The notes: generated by a model from the letters alone, not told the origin. A stretch of 64,000 bases of DNA from an uncultured virus (IMG/VR IMGVR_UViG_3300044701_002172) (IMGVR_UViG_3300044701_002172:62001-126000), one strand, 5' to 3'; counted from the stretch's first letter, positions 45,033-54,019 are shown. Made by a program: numbers and translations.

Positions 45033-45160
45033 TTCCGAAGGGGGGAGTTGTTGTAACGTCGAAAGGCAGTGGTGATGATTAGAAGGGTGCTCAGCACCCC
45101 CACAAATCCTAGAACAGTGATAGCATCACCTTGAAAACCGAGTGTGTCAACAGTCATCAT
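45029..45160 (-). CDS. Small single-pass membrane protein (43 aa)
   Basis: ITVLGFVGVLSTLLIITTAFRR; ATGA overlaps on both sides. Confidence 0.6.
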   Translation of the reverse strand: MMTVDTLGFQGDAITVLGFVGVLSTLLIITTAFRRYNNSPLRK

Positions 45161-45324
45161 ACATCATAGCAAAGGTACTGAGCCATTTCATCCTTGTAAG
45201 AGTCAATCTCATCATCATTCAACCAAGGCATAGTCAACACAAAATTGAAGTGTTCAACCATCCAAGCATTGAGTGTCATGTGTTCATCATGACGGCTGAT
45301 GATGTTGCTGTTGAAGTAATCCAT
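45157..45324 (-). CDS. Hypothetical protein (55 aa, MDYFNSNII...)
   Basis: Hand-translated; follows the promoter at 45349-45377. Confidence 0.6.
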   Translation of the reverse strand: MDYFNSNIISRHDEHMTLNAWMVEHFNFVLTMPWLNDDEIDSYKDEMAQYLCYDV

Positions 45325-45348
45325 GGTGGATCTCTCAGGAACAAATTA

Positions 45349-45406
45349 AGAATAACATGGGTGGGGGCTGGTGTCAACCCCCTTGTGCCACTTAATCAGA
45401 TGGCAC
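45349..45406 (-). promoter_or_regulatory. Early promoter cassette
   Basis: TTGACA(45372-77)-17-TATTCT(45349-54); palindrome 45385-45406. Confidence 0.75.
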
Positions 45407-45575
45407 TCGTGCCCTTGCTCACCCACAGGGCAAGCCTCATGGTGCTAGCCTTGCCCACCTGCTCCTTGCTACGACCCGCTGCCATAGCAGCAGTCCGAAG
45501 GGCGGGACGACCCGAATCGGTCTTGGTGGCGGTCAGCACGTTACGAGCGGCTTGGAGCAGTTGCTGTTGGGTCAT
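45396..45575 (-). CDS. Basic hypothetical protein (59 aa, MTQQQLL...)
   Basis: Start chosen downstream of CATACT 45621-45626; palindrome 45658-45679. Confidence 0.55.
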   Translation of the reverse strand: MTQQQLLQAARNVLTATKTDSGRPALRTAAMAAGRSKEQVGKASTMRLALWVSKGTSAI

Positions 45576-45736
45576 GATCCTCTGGGATAGTGTTGGTCGG
45601 GGTGTTCCCCCGATGAACATAGTATGGCACCCACCAGAGCCACCTGGAAGCCCCTCTGTGCCACCTCTAGAACTGTCACAGTGTCACAGGCTCAAATATT
45701 CTGAAGTGTGCTAGGAAGGGCTTCTGGACTAGGTAT

Positions 45737-45760
45737 AAAAAAAGGGGCTCATTGAGCCCC
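45737..45760 (-). terminator. Rho-independent terminator
   Basis: GGGGCTC-AAT-GAGCCCC followed by T7. Confidence 0.8.
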
Positions 45761-45770
45761 CGAGTATACC

Positions 45771-45935
45771 TTAGTCCCAATCCCCATAGTCATCGTAATC
45801 CTTGAATTTAGACTGACGTTTATTCCTTGTTGAATAACGTTTCTGATTTTGGACATCATAACCAAAATCTTCAAAGTCTTCTTCAAGGGTCAGATCCTTA
45901 ACAGAATCTGTGTACTTACGAGTGCTTTTTGCCAT
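45771..45935 (-). CDS. Hypothetical protein (54 aa, MAKSTRKY...)
   Basis: Hand-translated; followed by a terminator. Confidence 0.65.
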   Translation of the reverse strand: MAKSTRKYTDSVKDLTLEEDFEDFGYDVQNQKRYSTRNKRQSKFKDYDDYGDWD

Positions 45936-45974
45936 TTTTAACTGAAATTACTCCTGTTTTCGGTTATTTATTGC

Positions 45975-46202
45975 TCAAACGGTCACAATTTGAAGAGTTT
46001 GGTCTTCTTTGAGTGCTCGATTGAACAAACGACCCACACTTTGGTGGTTTTCGATAGCATTTTCCACAGTTTCTACAAAATTACCGTTCATATCACGGTA
46101 GTTATAGCTATTACCACTCTTAAATGTAATAGTGACAATGTTATCACTATCTACACTAACAGTCTGAATAGCAGTAGAATCAATGTTGTTAATGGTTTTC
46201 AT
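45975..46202 (-). CDS. KTSC-domain-like protein
   Basis: STAIQTVSVD...VTITFKSGNSYNY...SVGRLFN. Confidence 0.65.
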   Translation of the reverse strand: MKTINNIDSTAIQTVSVDSDNIVTITFKSGNSYNYRDMNGNFVETVENAIENHQSVGRLFNRALKEDQTLQIVTV

Positions 46203-46334
46203 GTTTATCAATTAAAGGTTAAAGTTTAACTTTGAAGTTTTTGGAAAATCTCAAAAACCTTAAATTTCAAGTTTTTGAGTTTTTTAAGTTTTTGGGATTT
46301 CTCGATTTCTGAGATTTCCGAACTTCATGAATAC

Positions 46335-46392
46335 AGTATAGGGCATTTGCCCAGGGTTGTCAAGGGGGCTGTGCCAGTCCCTGAACTGTCCT
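46335..46392 (-). promoter_or_regulatory. Early promoter cassette
   Basis: TTGACA(46358-63)-17-TATACT(46335-40); palindrome 46371-46392. Confidence 0.8.
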
Positions 46393-46399
46393 CCGAGAC

Positions 46400-46668
46400 T
46401 TTTCCACAGGGCTGTGGAAAACTTTGAGTGTCTTAGAGTGGTATCGGTGATACTGTCAAGCCCCTGTGTGCCACTTTGAGAACTGGCATATTTCGGCTTG
46501 ACTTTCGAGTGGTGGCGGGCTTAGACAACAACACCTCCGTAGATTTCCATGCTTTCAGCAACATTTAACGAAAGCATTTGTCAGCGATTCAAAACACTCA
46601 ACTATGTTTATTTTAACATTTATTAATAACATAGTTTTCCACAGGTTTTTCCACAGGGTTGTGAAAAA
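46400..46668. promoter_or_regulatory. Cluster of cyanobacterial-type DnaA boxes (TTTTCCACA) around an AT-rich stretch; candidate origin
   Basis: Exact 9-mers at 46400(+), 46413(-), 46635(+), 46647(+); one-mismatch copy at 46660(-). Confidence 0.55.
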
Positions 46669-46711
46669 CTCAAAGGTATCGTTGACAACAACCTAGTAAT
46701 ATCAATAGTTC

Positions 46712-47194
46712 TCATAATGCGGAAACTAAGAGTGTTTTCTCATTAACTTGCTTATACAATTCAATTAAATCATTTTGATACCAGTATCGTTTATCATGAT
46801 TGCCCATCTGTTCTTTCATTTGAATACGAATCTCTTCCCATTGTTCAATAGTAGTATTCATATCAACTTCATCAACGTAATTAATTACAAATCCAATAAA
46901 CTGATGAATATAGTCCATTACATGATGAAAGTCTGTATCTCTCCAATACTCACAAAGAATAGTATTAATTGTTTGTGGAGTTTTAAGAAGATCAATAAGA
47001 TGATAGATCTCAATACGTTCAAACTTATATTGATAGGTAGAAGAATACCCATTATCTTCATACCGTTTAACTGTATCTTTCCAATCTTTTAGTTCACGAT
47101 CATAAAGACGAAAAGGATTGTAGTCTTGATAAGAAAGTTCATTCGTGATCATTTCCCATTGAGGGAGGCTGAGCCAGATGTTACGACGAGACAT
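46712..47194 (-). CDS. Hypothetical protein (160 aa)
   Basis: ORF track; own promoter (TATACT 47218-23, palindrome 47254-75). Confidence 0.75.
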   Translation of the reverse strand: MSRRNIWLSLPQWEMITNELSYQDYNPFRLYDRELKDWKDTVKRYEDNGYSSTYQYKFERIEIYHLIDLLKTPQTINTILCEYWRDTDFHHVMDYIHQFIGFVINYVDEVDMNTTIEQWEEIRIQMKEQMGNHDKRYWYQNDLIELYKQVNEKTLLVSAL

Positions 47195-47284
47195 GTGAAG
47201 TTGTTTGAACTGAAGTTAGTATATGGTGTTTTGTGTGGTGATGGTGGTCATGTGTGCCAGTTTAGGAAGTGGCTGGTGGTAGTA

Positions 47285-47854
47285 TTATTCCGCTGTTCCT
47301 ATATTAACATCAAACACTACTACCCAACGAGGTGTAGTAATAGGTGTAGTCCAATGGAGAATCTTACCTGGGAAGATCATCACATCACCTTCTTTACATT
47401 GTGTCGAAGATACAATACCATCAAAGAGAGGATAAGTATTTGATGAATTGTTTGTTGGTAGGAATTTGGTTGGATTAGGTTCTTCTAGATGTAGGAGATA
47501 GATCCCTGTGAAATCTGATTGATAATGCCTATGAGGATTACAGACTTCATGGGGATCATAATAATTCCACCAGATAGTTTTTACATTAGATTTGACCAGT
47601 TTAACCTTGTTTAGATTAGAATCAAATTCTTGTAGCATCTGGTTAAATGGATTCCAGATAGCATCAGTTACAAACTCTTTGTGGAATAGATCAAAATTAA
47701 CTAGACCACTGGTTGTAATACCTGTACCATTAACTTCACCACGATGAGCACGTTCTTTATCCTTTTCGAGTTTAGGAAGAAGAATATCTTTGTGTTGTTG
47801 GTGATTAGGTACAGATTGATAGAAGAAAAACTCTGGTGTGAATGTGTGAATCAT
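47285..47854 (-). CDS. 2OG-Fe(II) oxygenase-like protein (cyanophage TIGR02466-type)
   Basis: WWNYY....NPHRH..SDFTGIYLL; EGDVMIFPGKILHW; RWVVVFDV. Confidence 0.8.
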   Translation of the reverse strand: MIHTFTPEFFFYQSVPNHQQHKDILLPKLEKDKERAHRGEVNGTGITTSGLVNFDLFHKEFVTDAIWNPFNQMLQEFDSNLNKVKLVKSNVKTIWWNYYDPHEVCNPHRHYQSDFTGIYLLHLEEPNPTKFLPTNNSSNTYPLFDGIVSSTQCKEGDVMIFPGKILHWTTPITTPRWVVVFDVNIGTAE

Positions 47855-48096
47855 TTTGCTTTTCTTTCTTTGTAATCTTTTTTAAGTTCATGCTCATTGT
47901 AATACAAGAACACTTCATCAGGATACTGACCAATCCATTCAATGTATTCATCACCAATGGCAATGGCATCATCCATACGATTATCTTCCATGAGTTCTTG
48001 GAAGCGATCTTGCATGTATAATAAGATCTGGTCTGATTGCTCAGACACAGATTCATATTCTCTTTCTTGAAGTTGTTGTAGTTCGTGTTCGTTCAT
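47851..48096 (-). CDS. Hypothetical protein (81 aa)
   Basis: ATGA-coupled operon. Confidence 0.7.
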   Translation of the reverse strand: MNEHELQQLQEREYESVSEQSDQILLYMQDRFQELMEDNRMDDAIAIGDEYIEWIGQYPDEVFLYYNEHELKKDYKERKAK

Positions 48097-48329
48097 ACAA
48101 TCTCCACGGTAATACGATTTGATAAGTGATCATACGAGACAAACTTGTATGGTTGAGGGAGAGATTCTTGAATTGCTTTGGCGAAGTCATTTGGAAAATG
48201 CCCATGATAACGCCAAAAGAGATTAGCTTCTCTTAACGAGAGGGATTCTTTAGGTGATGGTCTGTAGGTGGACTCATCTAATTGTGTCAGACAAAGAAGT
48301 TGCTTGACATGATCTGCTACGATGTTCAT
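48093..48329 (-). CDS. Hypothetical protein (78 aa)
   Basis: ATGA-coupled operon. Confidence 0.7.
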   Translation of the reverse strand: MNIVADHVKQLLCLTQLDESTYRPSPKESLSLREANLFWRYHGHFPNDFAKAIQESLPQPYKFVSYDHLSNRITVEIV

Positions 48330-48544
48330 TTGACGTACATGGCTTTAGTGTTTGCTTGAAGAAAATCAACTGCTGCTTTGAACAGGTCATAATCATTAGG
48401 CAGGAGTTCCATCCAGTCAATTAAATCAAATGAATCCCAGTCTACTGTACCATCTGGATTCATGTCACAAATAACTGGTGTACCCATTTGATCAATCATA
48501 ATAGCTTGACCATTAATTACGAAATACATTTCGTCGTGTTCCAT
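48326..48544 (-). CDS. Hypothetical protein (72 aa)
   Basis: GGAGG RBS; TTGACA/TACACT promoter at about 48569-48598. Confidence 0.7.
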   Translation of the reverse strand: MEHDEMYFVINGQAIMIDQMGTPVICDMNPDGTVDWDSFDLIDWMELLPNDYDLFKAAVDFLQANTKAMYVK

Positions 48545-48600
48545 GTTCCTCCGTTGTTGTGTGATGATAGTGTAGCAGGGTTTCAGGCAGGTGTCAAGCG

Positions 48601-48861
48601 TTATGCTTCATACTCTTTGATGACCACATTCTTTTGTGCTGGATACATTTCTTGTTTGTGTAGCACAAAATCAATAAACTTCTCCACACGATCCAAACAG
48701 GTATCATGTGATTGCATCATCATTTCTTGTGAATACATCAATGGAAGAATTAGATCTTTGTTACAATCAATCCAAATACCGAGTCGTTTGATCTGAGCAT
48801 GATACCAAAACACATTCGATTGACCCAAAAGTGATGGACGTTGCTGAATTCTCAGTTTCAT
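48601..48861 (-). CDS. Hypothetical protein (86 aa)
   Basis: ATGA-coupled. Confidence 0.65.
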   Translation of the reverse strand: MKLRIQQRPSLLGQSNVFWYHAQIKRLGIWIDCNKDLILPLMYSQEMMMQSHDTCLDRVEKFIDFVLHKQEMYPAQKNVVIKEYEA

Positions 48862-49151
48862 GGCTGTGTTTCAGTTGGTGCTTGTGGGGCTACTGGAGGG
48901 GCTGGAGGGATTTGTGGCGTGGGTGGCAGCTGAGTTGCTGCTGGAGCCTGTTGTAGGGGCTCCTGGATGGGTGTGGAGAGCTTTTCTTCTAGTTTCTGCT
49001 CCAACTGTGTTAGTTTCTGCTCAATAGCAGGCTGTGGCTCCTCTGGTTTGTAGTCTGGTTGAGTTTGTGCTAGTTTCCAACCAGCAGCACCAGCACCAAA
49101 GATACTAGCCAGTGCTGCTACTGTTGAAATAGTAGATTGAAACTTACTCAT
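48858..49151 (-). CDS. Membrane-anchored coiled-coil, Pro-rich protein (97 aa)
   Basis: N-terminal hydrophobic segment, coiled coil, Pro/Gln tail. Confidence 0.7.
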   Translation of the reverse strand: MSKFQSTISTVAALASIFGAGAAGWKLAQTQPDYKPEEPQPAIEQKLTQLEQKLEEKLSTPIQEPLQQAPAATQLPPTPQIPPAPPVAPQAPTETQP

Positions 49152-49335
49152 TTTTGTTGTTAATGATTGCTTTCAGTTCATAGATGGCGTTGCTTACAGT
49201 CGCCTCAAGATAACCATAACAATAGGGATAACCATGCTCATTTTGAATGGCAGGGTTCTTTGTCACCTTAAGAGCATCCTCAAGACCTTCCAGAATGGTT
49301 TCCAGATGCCAGGTGGTGACTTTGGTGGTGCTCAT
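49144..49335 (-). CDS. Hypothetical protein (63 aa)
   Basis: Own promoter (TAGACT 49358-63; palindrome 49393-49414). Confidence 0.7.
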   Translation of the reverse strand: MSTTKVTTWHLETILEGLEDALKVTKNPAIQNEHGYPYCYGYLEATVSNAIYELKAIINNKNE

Positions 49336-49507
49336 GTCTGTTGTGTGAACTGAGATCAGTCTACAACGCTCAGGTCATCCAGCAGATCCTCTGGGACAGT
49401 TTCAAAACTGGTCTCCATCCATTGATCCTCAGCATTCCGTAAGATATTCTTACGAACGCTGTAATCATCATAATAGTATTCAGTTGTTTCAAAATCAGAA
49501 AAATAAG

Positions 49508-49726
49508 TCATGATTCGTGGGAATGATTACCGTTTACAAGTTCAAGTTCGTGTTGTTGATTTTTATAGACGAGCATACAAACATCTCGTCTTGGATCATC
49601 AGGAAAATGGCGAACACATACAGTCATGTATTCGTCACAGGTAAATTTTACTTTACCATACAATCCTCTATAATATACCTCTGTTCCTTCTGGCAGCATA
49701 TTCGTACTCAGTAACTGGTGTTTCAT
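49508..49726 (-). CDS. Hypothetical protein (start may be MLPEG)
   Basis: ORF track. Confidence 0.6.
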   Translation of the reverse strand: MKHQLLSTNMLPEGTEVYYRGLYGKVKFTCDEYMTVCVRHFPDDPRRDVCMLVYKNQQHELELVNGNHSHES

Positions 49727-49931
49727 TTACACTGCTGCCAACATTATCAGGATACATGGTTTGTACAATGTACAATGCTTGGTAATAGCTTGCTGCTACC
49801 ACATACACATCAGCATCAATGGTGCTTGGTGCTTCATCTGGAGCATCTTGTAAAGGTAATGATACCTCCGCAAGATACACATGCCCATTTCTTAGGCTAT
49901 TATCAAAATCAACAACCATATCAGACATCAT
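49668..49931 (-). CDS. Hypothetical protein (about 85 aa)
   Basis: ORF track. Confidence 0.65.
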   Translation of the reverse strand: MMSDMVVDFDNSLRNGHVYLAEVSLPLQDAPDEAPSTIDADVYVVAASYYQALYIVQTMYPDNVGSSVNETPVTEYEYAARRNRGIL

Positions 49932-50091
49932 ATTCTTTGTTTAATTGAGATGATAGTTCAAAACGTATTTCTTCAAGCTCTTCACGAAGATGCTTGATTT
50001 CTTTTTGAAGACCAATGATCTCACCTTGCTGTGTCTTGATTAACTCAGCGTACTCTACGATAAGAGCTTCTGCTTGTTCTAGACTAGTCAT
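49921..50091 (-). CDS. Coiled-coil hypothetical protein
   Basis: ORF track; MTSLEQ start preferred. Confidence 0.6.
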   Translation of the reverse strand: MTSLEQAEALIVEYAELIKTQQGEIIGLQKEIKHLREELEEIRFELSSQLNKEYDV

Positions 50092-50205
50092 GTTAGTTCC
50101 TAGAGGACAAATGATATTTAGTGTGTTCAATGTTACTGATTTGTGACTCTCGTTGTAGTGTATATTGTGCTACACCAAGAGCAATCAAAGCAATCATGAT
50201 TGATT

Positions 50206-50415
50206 TCATCCCATACCTCGTGGAAATTGATGCTTACAATCAGGACACAGCCAATAGGCAATACGATCTTCGTGAATAGGTTCTACACCAATCACTCGTG
50301 AAAAGAAATACGGAGCTGAATAGTATTGTCGATACTCTTTGGGGATAGGTTTATCCACCCAGTTTGCCCCACATTCAGGACAGTTCCGCATTTTGGTAAT
50401 ACATGTGTATTTCAT
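50206..50415 (-). CDS. Zinc-ribbon protein
   Basis: CPEC ... CPDC motifs. Confidence 0.7.
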   Translation of the reverse strand: MKYTCITKMRNCPECGANWVDKPIPKEYRQYYSAPYFFSRVIGVEPIHEDRIAYWLCPDCKHQFPRGMG

Positions 50416-50535
50416 TTACATAAACTCCGCCATGTAATAATCAACAGTCACCTCAAGTTCCGCGGCTTTCTCCTCAATGGCAGCCATGAATGCGGAATCA
50501 ATGTCCAGTTGATCGTGCTTTTGTTGTTCAGTCAT
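50416..50535 (-). CDS. Small hypothetical protein (..EEKAAELEVTVDYYMAEFM)
   Basis: 3' part of track ORF 50416-50691. Confidence 0.55.
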   Translation of the reverse strand: MTEQQKHDQLDIDSAFMAAIEEKAAELEVTVDYYMAEFM

Positions 50536-50701
50536 TGGTTTCAAGAGCTTCCCAAGCAGTAAATAGTTTAGCATGGAGTTCGTTTCCGTCAACTTGTGTG
50601 TGATTTTCGAGATGAACTTGGACAAGTTTGTTGAGGTATTGGAGAGAACCGATAAGATAGTTAAGTTCTCCAGCACTGAGACGTACATCAACCTCAGGCA
50701 T
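50528..50701 (-). CDS. Hypothetical protein
   Basis: ORF track; overlap-coupled start. Confidence 0.55.
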   Translation of the reverse strand: MPEVDVRLSAGELNYLIGSLQYLNKLVQVHLENHTQVDGNELHAKLFTAWEALETND

Positions 50702-50885
50702 CGTATCCAGCATAGCGTAGCATGGCTCGGCGGGCATCATAAGCAGTCAACTCATTGGGGTAGACTCCAAGGCAGTGGCGAGTCTCACGATCAATGATCT
50801 CCCACTTGCTGGTGCCAATCCTACCACGAACGATCATGGGGTTGTCAATGCCCAGGGGGTAGGGCTTCTTGGTGGTGGTGCTCAT
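50694..50885 (-). CDS. Hypothetical protein (63 aa)
   Basis: Promoter TTGACC/TATGAT at 50911-50938. Confidence 0.7.
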   Translation of the reverse strand: MSTTTKKPYPLGIDNPMIVRGRIGTSKWEIIDRETRHCLGVYPNELTAYDARRAMLRYAGYDA

Positions 50886-50910
50886 AGGGATCTCCCTTGA
50901 CTACCCTCGT

Positions 50911-50944
50911 ATCATAGCACAAAAAAGGGGCTGGTCAAGCCCCC
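50911..50944 (-). promoter_or_regulatory. Composite terminator/promoter (-35 box in the hairpin loop)
   Basis: GGGGCT-TGACC-AGCCCC-TTTTTT, then TATGAT. Confidence 0.65.
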
Positions 50945-50951
50945 GAATCAT

Positions 50952-51173
50952 TTAAAATTTTAATGTATACAAATGTGTATGATCATGATAATGTTGGGAT
51001 GCTGTAGTTGTATCAAAATGTGTCAATTCATAATTGTTTTCGACACACCATTTCTTCACTCGATTGTAGACAGTATTTGCTTTTTCGCATGTGCTCTCAC
51101 CATATTGTATCAGTTCGTTGTTGTCTTGATCAAGATAGTGAAGCTCGAAATACCAATGAAAGGGAATTGCCAT
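50952..51173 (-). CDS. Hypothetical protein (73 aa)
   Basis: ORF track. Confidence 0.6.
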   Translation of the reverse strand: MAIPFHWYFELHYLDQDNNELIQYGESTCEKANTVYNRVKKWCVENNYELTHFDTTTASQHYHDHTHLYTLKF

Positions 51174-51244
51174 TGTGGTAATTTGATCTGATTTAGTTTA
51201 CCAATGTTGTTGGTGGTTGTCAACCGACATAAGTTAATTTAATA

Positions 51245-53269
51245 CTATTCAGCGTTTCCTATTAGATAATATGGGGTTGACCTAAAACCAAGAGCATCTG
51301 ATATACTGCCATACTTCTTCTGACCAGCTTTCTTTCCAGATTTATAGAGACCAGCTGGCTCTAGTGTAAAAATCTTAGATCCTTTCTTTGTAATTAGACC
51401 ATATATGGTCATTGCTATTTGTTTCTTAAAATAATGATTTAATTGTGATGTGCCACCACTCATGAAAAACCACAACGCTTCTAGTTTTGCTACTCTATTC
51501 TCTTGATGAGTGACCTTAGAGTATTGTTTTATTGCTCTTCTTTGTTTACCTGATTGTGTCTTTGATCCATAATTATAAGCATCTCTAGTTGATTTTGGTA
51601 GTAAGCTTTCAATCTTTTCATTTGATATATCTCTACCAAATTGACCTAAAGCAGCCCAGATTTCTTTGATTTCTTTTTCATCACTATTAGAAGATCCTGT
51701 TATGCTCTTGTCTATTAATAACGAATTTAATGTCACTAAGTACAATCCATAGATGTTATTCTTTAATGTATTGTCAGCAATGTTTTTGGGTAATAAACTG
51801 TTGATAGACAATTTTATTTGCTCTTGATCTCTAGACTCATTGATAATTGTTTGTTTGTTTAATACTTGAGGAAATTTGTTACTTGGAACCGTGACACCAA
51901 TGGCAGCCATAGCAGCAGCAAATGCCATCTTTCTCTTTTGTATTATTTGATTGAATATAGTTCTTGTGCCTGGATACTTTTTCAATATATCTGCTACCAG
52001 AGTAAAACCAGCCCCACCTGTGTATGCTCCAATAACTCTACCTTCTCTATTAGTTGGTAAAGCATTCCATGTCATAGAAGCAGTGACAAGACTATAATGT
52101 TCATCTGTTAATACTATGTTTCTATCCTTTAATCTTGGTATGTTTTGTGATAGATTTGAATAGTTAAAACTAAAATTTACAGCGAAAGTTTCTATAGTAT
52201 GCTTGTAATCTATTTTATTAATTGTAACAAGTGTTTCAATCTCTTTCTTCAATGTGTTTGGATCATTGATACCAGAAAAGTAATCAATTATCTCAGTATA
52301 TTCATCAACTAATTCATCCAACTCAGGTGGAAGATTTTGTGACATTCCAGTAAGATATACTGTTGGATTTTCTGATATACTTTTCTTCAATGAAATTGGT
52401 ATGACAGCTTTTGTTGTTATCAGTCTACGGGTTAATAAATTAAAACTGGCGGCATTTGAAACTTCTCCACTAACAATCTTATCAGTTTCTTTCTTATATG
52501 AATCGATTGTTGATTTAAATGAGGATGTTTTGATAGCATAAATGTCTGCTGGGTTGAGCATGTCAGCTCTAGTATTAATTCCTTGCTCAGCAATGATTCT
52601 CAAACATGCTTCAGTCAGTGGAATGTCTTTAACAAGTCTAACATGATAACTTGTTGAATGACAATAAATGTATGAGGCATATCCTCCTTGTATTATATTT
52701 TTGCTTTTTAGTGCTTTGGCTGTCCAGAAAGCACTCTTGACCCAGCTCAAAGCATCTTCGTTCTCGCCAGAGAAAATGTATAACTTATTTTGGAGAGAAG
52801 ATTTTGATGTTGACCTACCACCAACCAAAGATGATTTTTTATTTTTAAATGTATCTACTTTCTTAACTAATCCTTCTTGTTTCTTTTTAAATGATGCTAA
52901 ATCTCGTAAGTCTTTTTTTGTTCTTGTATCAACTTTCTTTCTTGTGATTGTCTTTATGCTTTGCTTCAATTGATGTAATTCTTCTAATGTAGATAATATA
53001 GAAGAATTGAGCAATGGTAATGCTTCGTGTATAGATCTCAGATGTTTCTTTTGTGTGTCGCTTAAACTAGATGAGATTAGAGGATATGAAATATATCTAT
53101 TGTATTTTGTGTATTTGTCTTCACACAAAGCATCTATTAATCCGTCTATTGATGGCTCTTGTCCTCTGGTTTCACATACAGCAAAATAAGCCAAGGCAAA
53201 ACAATGAACCATTTCCTTGGCTGTAGTGTCTCTGCTTAAACTAAAATCACCCTGATATCTTTCTCTCAT
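51245..53269 (-). CDS. Large basic protein with a possible PD-(D/E)xK nuclease-like motif (674 aa)
   Basis: LNPADIYAIK ... VIPISLKK; late promoter AATAAATA at 53289-53296. Confidence 0.55.
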   Translation of the reverse strand: MRERYQGDFSLSRDTTAKEMVHCFALAYFAVCETRGQEPSIDGLIDALCEDKYTKYNRYISYPLISSSLSDTQKKHLRSIHEALPLLNSSILSTLEELHQLKQSIKTITRKKVDTRTKKDLRDLASFKKKQEGLVKKVDTFKNKKSSLVGGRSTSKSSLQNKLYIFSGENEDALSWVKSAFWTAKALKSKNIIQGGYASYIYCHSTSYHVRLVKDIPLTEACLRIIAEQGINTRADMLNPADIYAIKTSSFKSTIDSYKKETDKIVSGEVSNAASFNLLTRRLITTKAVIPISLKKSISENPTVYLTGMSQNLPPELDELVDEYTEIIDYFSGINDPNTLKKEIETLVTINKIDYKHTIETFAVNFSFNYSNLSQNIPRLKDRNIVLTDEHYSLVTASMTWNALPTNREGRVIGAYTGGAGFTLVADILKKYPGTRTIFNQIIQKRKMAFAAAMAAIGVTVPSNKFPQVLNKQTIINESRDQEQIKLSINSLLPKNIADNTLKNNIYGLYLVTLNSLLIDKSITGSSNSDEKEIKEIWAALGQFGRDISNEKIESLLPKSTRDAYNYGSKTQSGKQRRAIKQYSKVTHQENRVAKLEALWFFMSGGTSQLNHYFKKQIAMTIYGLITKKGSKIFTLEPAGLYKSGKKAGQKKYGSISDALGFRSTPYYLIGNAE

Positions 53270-53287
53270 TGTAGAAGCGATTTTTAG

Positions 53288-53458
53288 TTATTTATTTTTC
53301 TTTCTGGTTCTTGTGGGTTTATTCAGTTTTTCTCTATGTTTCTTTAGTGCTTCGATAGCTTGCTCATCAGTCTTGTGATCACTGATTTGAAAGCCATTGT
53401 GTATTAAAACAAAACGGTTCCCCCAGGGAACCGTAGCATATCCATCTTTAGTTATCAT
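53288..53458 (-). CDS. Hypothetical protein (56 aa, MITKDGYATVPWG...)
   Basis: Hand-translated; TAAATA at 53479-53484 upstream. Confidence 0.6.
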   Translation of the reverse strand: MITKDGYATVPWGNRFVLIHNGFQISDHKTDEQAIEALKKHREKLNKPTRTRKKNK

Positions 53459-53615
53459 ATCCTAATCGTTCTCTACAGTATTTAAACCTCCCCCATTCCT
53501 CGTCAGTGAAGTTATCGCTAGCATATGGGATACCCACTACATAAGCACAGAATCGGTTGATTTGCTCGGATTGATTGCTAGAAGCAATAACAGCACTGGC
53601 GAGGAGTTCAATCAT
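53448..53615 (-). CDS. Hypothetical protein (55 aa, MIELLASAVI...)
   Basis: Hand-translated; ATGA-coupled. Confidence 0.55.
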   Translation of the reverse strand: MIELLASAVIASSNQSEQINRFCAYVVGIPYASDNFTDEEWGRFKYCRERLGYDN

Positions 53616-54019
53616 TTGTTCATTTGGAGAGTAGGGACGGGCATTCCACCTTCGGTGGGCACATAGATGGTCACGTTACCTTTCTGTGAACCTTCTTCAA
53701 TACCAGTGATATACAGATACTGAAGATACTCACGATTGTCCTTCAGACTATCACCAATGATTTGGTTTGCCTTAGCAACACCACCAGCACGAATAATCTC
53801 TGCTTCAGCAAGTTGTTGAGCAGAATCTTTCTTTGCTTGTGCTTCAAGCACTGCTACCTGACGGGTATATTCTGCTTTCTGTAGTTCTGCTTTACCAGCA
53901 AGAGATTGTGACCACACATTATAGATAGGACCACCCAAAAAAAGAACGGCGGCACCAACAATTACAATTGCACCTACAACAACAGCAGCAGGGTCAATAA
54001 ATCCGTTTTGTTTGTTCAT
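53612..54019 (-). CDS. Membrane protein, SPFH/band-7-like coiled-coil tail (135 aa)
   Basis: N-terminal TM helix; Ala/Glu-rich AEAEIIRA.GVAKAN.IIG.SL; IYVPTEGGMP. Confidence 0.65.
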   Translation of the reverse strand: MNKQNGFIDPAAVVVGAIVIVGAAVLFLGGPIYNVWSQSLAGKAELQKAEYTRQVAVLEAQAKKDSAQQLAEAEIIRAGGVAKANQIIGDSLKDNREYLQYLYITGIEEGSQKGNVTIYVPTEGGMPVPTLQMNK

